From Octopus sinensis (lineage: Eukaryota), in contig NC_043001.1 in NCBI RefSeq assembly GCF_006345805.1, forward strand, positions 80,104,001 through 80,168,000: a stretch of 64,000 nt of DNA, read 5' to 3'. Both the position numbers and the translations under genes were made by a program. Below the pieces are notes generated by a model. That model was not told the DNA's origin and made no database searches. It saw only the letters and a program-made list of their open reading frames with translations. Positions 53,960 through 64,000 of the stretch are shown piece by piece. Positions within the stretch are counted from its first letter, which is position 1. The number at the start of each line of letters is the position of its first letter.

Positions 53960-56900
53960 TGTATGCATGTATGCATGTATGCATGTATGTATGTATGTAC
54001 TTATGTATGTATTATGTATGTATGCACGTACGTATGCATGTATAATAGTTTGTGCGGTTGTAAATTTATTACATTCATAAATCTATATGGAAGTGTGATA
54101 TCAATGGTAGCAGAAACATATTGATTCAACAAAAAATTTAAAGGAAGTACTATAAGACCATAGAGTAGGAAAATAAAATGTAAAAGGAAAATGTATCCTA
54201 CTGTACCTCATTCAAACGACGATGCAACAACCACACTCCTTCGTTTAAGTTTTAAAGGATAATGCTTTACTGCACACTGAAGCGGACGATATTAACTAAA
54301 GTTTAAATCCTGTTCTGGAAATAAGAAATCTTGAAATTCATACTCAAGAGAAAATTTAGCAATTCTATTCACTAAGAATAAGCTACTAATATATATAACG
54401 AAAGGACTGCTTCATGTACGTACAGGCCTTTTACCTGTGCTACAAGAAGTTTAAAGTGAGGATTATAAGAACTCCATCCACTAACTTAATCCAGATTTTA
54501 AAGACATTAGTTCTAGCATTCTCTTAATTACTGAAAGTGACGAAATCTTTTACATTTATTTGCCTGAGAGTCTTGTGCTCCTTTATCATATTTAATCAAC
54601 AAATTTTCGTTATTCACACTTTATTCATAACAACAATTCTACTTTAACTAATATATCCGTTCTTCATTCTTACTTTAATTTTTCTTAATTTCTTACTGAA
54701 GTTGCTCCATACCTAATTAACTTACTTTGTTACTGTAATGAACACACTAATCTTCTTCAGTATACATTAAGCTCCCTAAATTTTTTATCACTTCACATTT
54801 CTCTCTGAACACTAATAACAATCTTTAACCCATATTATTGCTTTAAAGTTTATTTTCAATCACCAAAACAACCCTGCTAGTTTCCTATGTACAACTTGGT
54901 GTAATTCTCCATTTTCTATTCTTTTGCTCGTCTACGGAACTACTTTCGCTATTATACTAGAAATAGCAAACAAATCTTCTTCAAACCACACCACAGCATT
55001 TTTGAAAAGCCCAGTTTGGGTAAAACATTTCCACGTTTTCTACATCTAGGAAAATCAATGTGGTGATCACTGTTGAAATACCTTTCCTCATAGGCTTCCT
55101 GTCATTGTCTGGGGCTAAATTACAAACTGATCCACTGCTAATAAATTTCCACCACCCCTTTATCTCTACTATTATAAATCCTCACCCACCGCTAACTCAC
55201 CACCACTAAACTACGAAAACCACAAGCCGGCAGCACCACCACCATCACTAAACCGCTCCCATCATCATTCATAATTTAAGGCTTTTTTTTTTCTTTTCAT
55301 TTTTCTTCTGTGCATTTACCTATTTCTAGTTGCAGAAATATCTTCCATCTTCTATCTATCATCCTCCTCCACCATTCTTCCCACTTTTTTCCGTCCTTTC
55401 TTTTCTCTTCTTCCTTTCCCTCTCCTTCCTTTTTTTTTTTTTCTTTGTTTCGTTTTTTTGTACTTTACCTTCATCTATTCTTGTTGCAATGTGGTATCCG
55501 ATTAATCTCAGAAACATTCTATATAACGCATACACATACACAGGCACAAACACACAGAATCGCGTACGCATATACTTATGCATATACACAGGCGAAGTCC
55601 TGCATTATATTCTGGCCCAGCACCACCAACAACACCAACACCACCTCACGACTATCACGCGGAGCACAGCGGTGAGGAATGGCGGATTTTTGACGTGTGC
55701 AAAAATCAAGATATTGCAATTAAGAAACTACCTGCCTTCTTCCTATATAAAAATAAGGAGCGCAGACAAAAACAGCTGACAAAGCCACTGCCACCAGCAC
55801 CAGCAACACCACCACCACCACTACTACTACTACTACGACTACTACTGATGTTGTTGATGATGATGATGGTGGTGATGAGGATGATGACGATGATGATTAT
55901 AACTATGATGGTGATTCTACTACCACTACTGCTGCTGCTGCTGCTACTACACCTACTACTCCTACTATGATTTCGTTACTATTGCTGCTACTACTACAAC
56001 TACTGCTATTACTGATGCTACTACTAGCTAAGTACCACTGTTTCAACAACTGATATTGTTACTAATACAACTGACTACTACTAATACTACTACTACTAGT
56101 AGTAGTAGTAGTAGTAGTAGTAGTTAGTAGTAGTAGTAGTAGTTGTTGTTGTTGTAGTTGTCATACTAGCGCTAATGCTATTACTAATGCTATTAAAACG
56201 ACTACTATTCCTACTATTACTTCTACTATCATATCATACTTTACATCTAGCGTGGCCCGTGGAGCATTCACAAGGCTTTCTTTACTCAATGTATCTTCCT
56301 TCTTCTGTCAGAACGATTTAACCTTAATGCAAATTGGCGAGCTTCCGCACAGTCTCCGTGACTTGTCTCTTTTTCTCACCACATGACAATCGGTATAGGG
56401 TTGTTTACATCCTTGTAAAATCAACGGTTCTGCAGAAAGAGAACGATAGATAAATTCTAGACATAAAAATCATTACTGGAATGTATTTGCTAGACTAAAA
56501 CCTACAAGACGGTGCTCCACCATGACCACACTCCCATGACTGAACCGTAAAAGATAGAAGATAAAAGTTTAATGATATATTTTTCAGAGCTTTGCTGTGG
56601 GTAAAATAAAGATGTAAACACATTATTTCTATGCTGAACATTTATGGGAAAAAAAATAAAAGAAAAAAATCTCTTGATAGACCATTGTATGTATGCATGT
56701 ATATATGCATGTATATATGTATGTATGGATGTATGTATGTATGTATGTATGTATGTATGTATATGTGTGTATTATGTATGCATGCATACATTAATGTATG
56801 TGTATGTATATATGTGTATGCATGTATGTGTTTGTATGCATGTGTGTATGTATGTATGTGTGTGCATGTGTGTGTACGTGTGTATGTATGTGTTTGTGTG

Positions 56901-57573
56901 TATGTATGTATGTATGTATGTATGTATATATGTATAAATGACTGTATAAATATATGTATGTGTGTATTATGTATGCATGCATACATGTATGCATGTGTAT
57001 GTATATGTGTATGTATGCGTGTATGTATGTATGCATGTATGTATGTGTGTATGTATTAAGTATGTATGTGTTCGTATGAATGTGTGTACGTATGTATTTA
57101 TATTTTTTGTATTTATTTTTATATTTATATCTAGTTTCAGCTCATGAGCTGTGGTCATGCTGAGGCAGCACCATTTGGTATTGTTACATAATTTTATGTA
57201 CGTGTTTATACATGCATACATGTATGTCTGTTTGTGTGTGTGTTTGTATGTATGTATATATGTATGAATGTGTGTATGTATGCATATGTGAGTATGTATG
57301 CATGTATGTATGTGTGTATGTATGTATACATGTATGTGTGTATGTATGTACGTATGTATGTATGTGTTTATGTATGTATATGTGTATCTATGTATGTATA
57401 TATACATGTATGTATGCATGTATGTATGTCCTGTGTGTGACATTAAACTGCAACCGGTGATGAGGCTCCAGTTTGGTATTTCTGAGTTTCAAGAGAGCCA
57501 TCCCTTAATTACCATTAATCTCAAGTCTGTTCTGACTCACAAGCGTAGTGTATGACTTAAATATATTTCGCAG

Positions 57574-57725
57574 ATGCAGAGGAGGCTCTCGTTATTCTTG
57601 GCAAAGCCGTTGGGAAGGTAGCTCTCCTGAGAGAAAGATTCCCTGCCATAAAACTTGCAATCAAAATAGTAGCAGTTATGTTGAAATTCTTGTCATTAGA
57701 GCCTAATATGGCGACCAAGAGAACG
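57574..57725 (+). CDS. Candidate isolated coding exon, product unknown
   Basis: Acceptor tatatttcgcAG, donor ACG|GTAAAA; stop-free frame (D)AEEALVILGKAVGKVALLRERFPAIKLAIKIVAVMLKFLSLEPNMATKRT with many GNN codons. No homology recognised. Confidence 0.3.
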
Positions 57726-57837
57726 GTAAAAGTGTGTACAAGCTTTCATCATTTAAGTCCAGTGATGGACATTATCGAATATGAAACAGCTTTCTTCTAA
57801 CATGTCGCAATCATCATGAATGTATATGTATACGTAC

Positions 57838-57880
<43 letters not shown>

Positions 57881-58542
57881 GGCGCATGACTCAGTGGTTA
57901 GAGCGTGGTTAGAGCTCGAATCCCGGACCGGGCTGCGTGTTGTGTTCTTGAGCAAGACACTTTATTTCACGTTGCCCCAGTTCTCCCAGCTGTAGAAATG
58001 AGATGCGACATCACTGGTGCGAAGCTGTATCTTCCGTTGCCTTTCCATTGGATAACACTGGTGGCGTGGAGAGGGAAGGCCGGTTGCATGGGCGACTGCT
58101 GGTCTTCAAAAACAATCTTGCCCGGACTTGTGCCTGGGAGGGTAACTTTCTAGGTGCAATCCTAGGAGGGTAACTTTCTGTGTCGTGACATATATTCATA
58201 CATATGTATATACGTGCGTGTGTGTGTGAGTGTTTCTTAGATTTTAATCTAGTTCTTAAAGTTCAAGCGTTTCACTGGCAAAGGGAGAAGTCTACTAATG
58301 TAAAGAGGGTTCCTGGTGTTTGTAACTATGTTATTGAGTCTGTAGGTTGCTTGAGTTGTTGATGTACACAACCAAGTGGTTGCATGTGTTTATCTAAAAT
58401 TTAGTGGTTCTCAACCAGGTTCTATGTGGCCCTTGGTGATCCATATATGGTTTTTGTTGTTAAGATTTATGTGCAATAAACTGGATATCTTTCTTCAATA
58501 CACAGAATATTCAAACAATTTTCGATACAATTCTTTAAAATA

Positions 58543-58973
58543 TTTACTCTTTTACTTGTTTCAGTCATTTGACTGCAGCCATGCTGGATCACCGCCTTTA
58601 GTCGAGTAAATCGACCCCAGGACTTCTTCTTTGTAATACCTAGTACTTATTGCATCAGTCTCTTTTGCCGAACCGCTAAGTTACGGAGACGTAAACACAC
58701 CAGCATCGGTTGTCAAGTGATATTGTGGGGACAAATACAGACACACAAACATATACATGTACATACATACACACATATATATATATATATATATATATTC
58801 ATATATACAAAGGGCTTCTTTCAGTTTCCGTCTGCCAAATCCAATCACAAGGCTTTAATCGGCCCGAGGCTATTGTAGAAGACACTTGCCCAAGGTGCTA
58901 CGCAGTGGGATTGAACCCGGAACCATGTGGTTAGTAAGCAAGCTACTTACCACACAGCCACTCCTGCGCCTAT
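58543..58973 (-). mobile_element. Full-length SINE family A; an oppositely oriented full copy lies at 60555-60998(+)
   Basis: Complete head-core-microsatellite-tail structure. Confidence 0.92.
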
Positions 58974-59388
58974 TTAATCATATTTAATCATAAAAAATAT
59001 AATAGGAGATTTTAGACATCGAGGGACCCTCCTTGTGAGTAAAATGAGAATCAATGGGGTTCATACACAAAAGATGATTGAGAACCAATGGTCTAAAGAA
59101 TCTGAGATGGAGAAACTTTGGAATGTCTTGCAAATTTTCACTGAACCGTTAATAGATTGGATTGGGAGAATGCGCGTCACTCTATTTTACTCTTTCTTCG
59201 TAAAACCTAGCACTTCTAGGATTCTGTGTAAATAATATATATATCAATATATATATATATATAATTAATTATAAGGGTGAGAGAATTAGATACTAATTTA
59301 ATAGTATATTTATTCAACACCAAGTGGCCTAGTGCTACGAGAAACCTGGATTATTATAATATTTATAACATATTACAATACTTTTAAC

Positions 59389-59718
59389 AAAACAAATATA
59401 AGAGGTGGTCAATATATTGCTCACTCTAGCACAGTTAATCCAAAAGGTTTCAACCACGAAGATACATGTTTCCCATGAAAGCCAGTACGACTGTTAGCTC
59501 ACACGGACAGGGCAAGTAAAAAATAACAAAAATACAGATTATTTTGGGACAAAATTGTCCCAAAATAATCTGTATTTTTGTTATTTTTACTTGCCCTGTC
59601 CGTGTGAGCTAACAGTCGTACTGGCTTTCATGGGAAACATGTATCTTCGTGGTTGAAACCTTTTGGATTAACTGGTGCTAGAGTGAGCAATATATTGACC
59701 ACTCTCTATATTTGTTTT
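59389..59718. repeat. Near-perfect palindrome, 164-bp arms (59389-59552 / 59555-59718), 2-nt spacer
   Basis: Arms are reverse complements with only a few small indels or substitutions. The left arm extends as unique sequence back to about 59262, and both ends meet (TA)n. Confidence 0.97.
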
Positions 59719-59720
59719 AT

Positions 59721-59776
<56 letters not shown>

Positions 59777-59789
59777 ATATATATAGATA

Positions 59790-59876
<87 letters not shown>

Positions 59877-60695
59877 TAAGTATAATGCATGTAAGTATGT
59901 ATGCATGCATGTAGGTATTATGTACGTATCTATGTGTGTATACACACGCACAAACATACACATATACCAAACACTCGTATATACGCTCACACTCAGCACA
60001 TCCCCACCTCCAAAACTGCAACGAAAGCGACCGTTTAACTGAGATGAAATGTTCTGTAATCTCCCTGTTTTCACTAACGTGTCTATCGAGGGAACATTTC
60101 CGTTCTTGTTTATGCCATAATTAATCCTAAATTGAATTCCTAATACGTCGTGTTAGCTTAATTGATTAGTACTTTTAACAATAAAGTCAGCATCAAATTT
60201 AGTGAGTGTCTGGCTGTATGCGTGTGTATGGGTATGTGTATGTATCTCTCTGTCTATTTGCACGCGCGTGTCTTTATTCTACCTTCTGTCTGCTTGACTC
60301 AGTAATTATTTTGATGCTAAGAGAAGAAGCTAACAGACGCAACCATGTAATCTTCCTAGAAAAGCTAACAGAGGTGATACTGGTGTAGTATGCAACAATA
60401 GAAGGTGTAACCTGATCGATTTTGAACGGACAGCCATTACATAATACATACAGACACGCACACACACACACACATACAGAAATGCACACACTCACACACA
60501 CTTACGTATATACATGCATATATAAGTATACATGTATACATATACACATATATTAGGCACGCGTTGTAAGTAGCTTGCTTACCAACAACATTGTTCCGGG
60601 TTCATTCCCATTGCGTGACACCTTGGGCAAGTGTCTTCGGGCCGACCAAAGCCTTGTGAGTGGATTTGGTAGATGGAAACTGAATGAAGCCTGTC

Positions 60696-60764
<69 letters not shown>

Positions 60765-61478
60765 ATATATTTGTGTATGTATGTATATGTTTGTGTGTCT
60801 GTGTTTATTCCTCCCCCCCATATCGCTTGACAACCGTTGGTGGTGTGTTTAAGTCCCCGTAACTGAGCGGTTCGGCAAAAGATGCCGATAGAATAAGTAC
60901 TAGGCTTCCAAAGAATATGTCCTGGGGTCGATTTGCTCGACTAAAGGCGGTGCTCCCGCATAGCCGCAGTCAAATGACTGAAACAACTAAAAGAGAAATA
61001 TATAATATGTATGTATGCATGTATGTATGTAAGTATGCATGTATGTATGCATGTATGTATGTGCACATATATGTATACAAACATATATACATGGTTCCAA
61101 GGTCAGTCTCAGCGCGTGGTATTTTCTATACATCCAGGACGACCAAGACTGTGAGTAGATTGGTGGACGGAAAGTAAAACCCGTCGTATATACATGTGTA
61201 TGTATGTGTGTGTTTGTGTTTATGTGTATATGTGTGCGTCCGTGTGTTTAAATATATATATATGTATACGTATATATACATTAATCTTTGTTTTAATTTC
61301 AGTTATAATAAAAACAATTTTACATTAATCTGATGGGTGATTATATGCTTTTGTATATAGCTGGATGAAACTTCGAAGTCACTGTATATCTACATATATA
61401 TAAAGAACATTCTTTTCTTTGTAGTTTAATCGTAGGTGATCTATTTCTAGCAAACGGCCGACTACCTAGTGGTCCTGC

Positions 61479-61537
<59 letters not shown>

Positions 61538-62249
61538 TACATATTTTTGTTTGAGTTTGCCCCTCACCATCAGTTGACAACTGGTGCAGGTTTGTAACGT
61601 TCCCTCTAACTTAGCGGTTCGGCGAAAAGACTGAAGGAATAAGTGCCATGTTTAGAAAAATAGTTTTGAGATCTAGTAATTCGGCTAAAACCCTCCAAGG
61701 GGCCGCCCCAGCATGACCACCGTCTAAGGTCGGAAAACAAAAGATAAAATATGTGTGTGTGTGTGTGAGAGAGAGAACACACAAACACAGACACACACAC
61801 ACACACACACACAGACACACACACACACACACATATATATATATGCCTGTATTTGTCGCCCCACGATCGCTTGACAACCGATATCGGTGTGTTTATGACC
61901 CGTAACTTAGCGGTTCAGCAAAAGACCCCGATAAAATAAGTATTAGGTTTACACAGAATAAATCATAGGGTCGATTTCTTCGACCAAAAACATTTAAGGC
62001 GGTGCTCCAGCATGGCTGCAGTCAAATGATTGAAACACGTAAAAGCATAAAAGAATAAAAGTATATATATACTTACACGTGAGGTTTAACCATCATTTGA
62101 CAAGTAACTTTAGATGTGTATTTCTACGATTACGGGCAGTATCAGGAAATATGTCATAACTGCAATTTAACTTTTGATACTTAACCGAAAATGATACGAG
62201 GAATAGTAATTTTCAAGGGAAGCATAAGTGTGTGTGTGTGTGTGTGTGT

Positions 62250-62285
<36 letters not shown>

Positions 62286-62301
62286 TGTGCGTGTGTACGT
62301 G

Positions 62302-62368
<67 letters not shown>

Positions 62369-62571
62369 GATACAAAATTACCTTATTTCCTTGAGTATGA
62401 GACGCAAGCTTAATTTAGTGTTAAATAATGCTTTATTAAACATTACATGCCGCCATTAAGAACTCTTTCTCATCTATAGCTACTTTTTATTCTGAGCAAC
62501 ACCGGGTAAACTGTTAGCATGTTTGTGTGTATGTGTTTATACATACATAAAAAGCTAAATATTATACATGA

Positions 62572-62610
<39 letters not shown>

Positions 62611-62717
62611 ATATATATATATATATAATATATATATATATATAATATATATATATATATACATACATACATACATACATACATACATACATACATACAT
62701 ACCATACATACATACAT

Positions 62718-63673
62718 AATAGGAGCAGTAGATATTTAACTCCAGTATTTCAACGAGCTATTATATTGCCGATATTCAGGCAAATTTCATTGTCAGTTTT
62801 TGCTTTATATTGTAGTTCGTTTTATTTATCAAATTTAATGATTATTTCTATCTCACTGAGTTCTAAAAAGGGAAAATTGTTGGAGGTTGAATGGCAGGAG
62901 CTTACGGCGCCAGAACAGCTGAGCTCCTTGGTTTTTCGAGGGCTACCATATCAAGGATGATGACTGAATTTGCGAAGCAGGCATAACCTCCAGCGGGAGG
63001 AATAAGTTCGGCAGGTCTTCAAAGCTCACTGAAAGGGACCGACGAATGCTAATTCGCATTGTCATGAAAAACCGCTGGGCAACTACCCCTAAAGTGACTG
63101 CAAAGTTGAATTAACATCTGACTAGCTCAGTTTCGACCAAAACTGTTCACCGTGAGCACAATAGAGCCGGATATCATGAAAGAGCCGCCATCAGGAAACC
63201 TCTGCTTTCTCATCAAAATATTCAGAAAAAGCTGAATTGGAGTAGACATCACAAGGGCTGGTCGACAGACCAACAGAAACGAGTAATATTCTCTGACGAG
63301 TCCAGTTTTTCTCATTTCCTCACTGCAGGGTGAGTTTATGTGTGGGGTAGTCCAGGGAAGCTTTTAATCCTGACTGCCTTCTTCTTGCAGCAAAGCACGA
63401 AGGAGGATCTGTAATGGTTTCGGCAGCCATTTCTTGAAATTCTCTTGGTTCCAATCGTTGCCCTACATGGTAGGACCAACAGTAACGATCTTCTGAATAT
63501 TTTGGAAAATCAAGTCCCCCCAGGTTCAGACATTATACTCTGAAGTCAGGAAGGTGTATGAATCTATTCCTAGAGGCATCGAAGGTGTTTAGAAAGCTAA
63601 AGGAGAACCAACTCCATATTAAATAAATATTCATTGAATTTAACATCTTCCAATGACTTTCTCCACTCCTGTT
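62718..63673 (+). mobile_element. Degenerate, internally deleted Tc1-family transposon
   Basis: KGKIVG, LGFSRATISR, GRSSKLTERDRR, KTVHRE, AAIRKPLLS, VIFSDESSF, KHEGGSVMV; right terminus ttctccactcctgt-TA, left terminus only weakly matched. Confidence 0.88.
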
Positions 63674-63693
63674 ATATATATATATATATATAG

Positions 63694-63728
<35 letters not shown>

Positions 63729-63823
63729 AATATTATATATATCTATATATATATAATATATATACATATATATATGCATATACATACATAACATACATAC
63801 ATACTACTACATACATACATACA

Positions 63824-63857
<34 letters not shown>

Positions 63858-64000
63858 CATAAAAACATACATATTGAAAAAAGTAAGATAGGGAGAAGAA
63901 ACATACTTTTTCATTCACATTCAAATACGCTTTCCAAAATGTCGCTGGACCGATAGTGGCAAATTATGTATAAATAAAGACAAAGTGGGTGAGGAAGACC

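Noticed and set aside
55640-55770. Peptide DYHAEHSG..FDVCKNQDIAIKKLPAFFLYKN superficially like thioredoxin
   Set aside because: No CxxC, spacing between motifs far too short, no exon boundaries; likely chance.
60303-60373. Possible exon IILMLREEANRRNHVIFLEKLTE
   Set aside because: Weak donor (GTGATA), short, no homology recognised.

Overview
Very AT-rich, microsatellite-saturated animal genomic DNA with one 100-N scaffold gap. The SINE families look like those of octopus (inference). No intact host protein-coding gene can be supported. Almost all ORFs in the supplied track are translations of (TA)n, (CA)n, (TATG)n, (GATA)n or trinucleotide arrays, or of antisense SINEs. The identifiable content is transposon-derived: a young, near-intact Penelope-like retroelement (RT + GIY-YIG) with an inverted 5' part, two further Penelope GIY-YIG remnants, an R4/Dong-like LINE fragment, RTE and L1/Tx1-like 3' ends, a Chapaev-like transposase pseudogene, a Helitron helicase fragment, mariner/Tc1 fossils, a probable piggyBac remnant, MITE-like fold-backs and many tRNA-derived SINEs. 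The most notable unexplained layer is a set of nine hammerhead-ribozyme-like motifs: intact minimal type I motifs, one with a very long stem II, and a repeated non-canonical CUGUCGAA core. They occur together with three long, near-perfect fold-back palindromes (97-164 bp arms) beside (TA)n tracts and Penelope-type termini. A few isolated candidate exons with good splice signals may belong to unannotated transcripts but are unproven.
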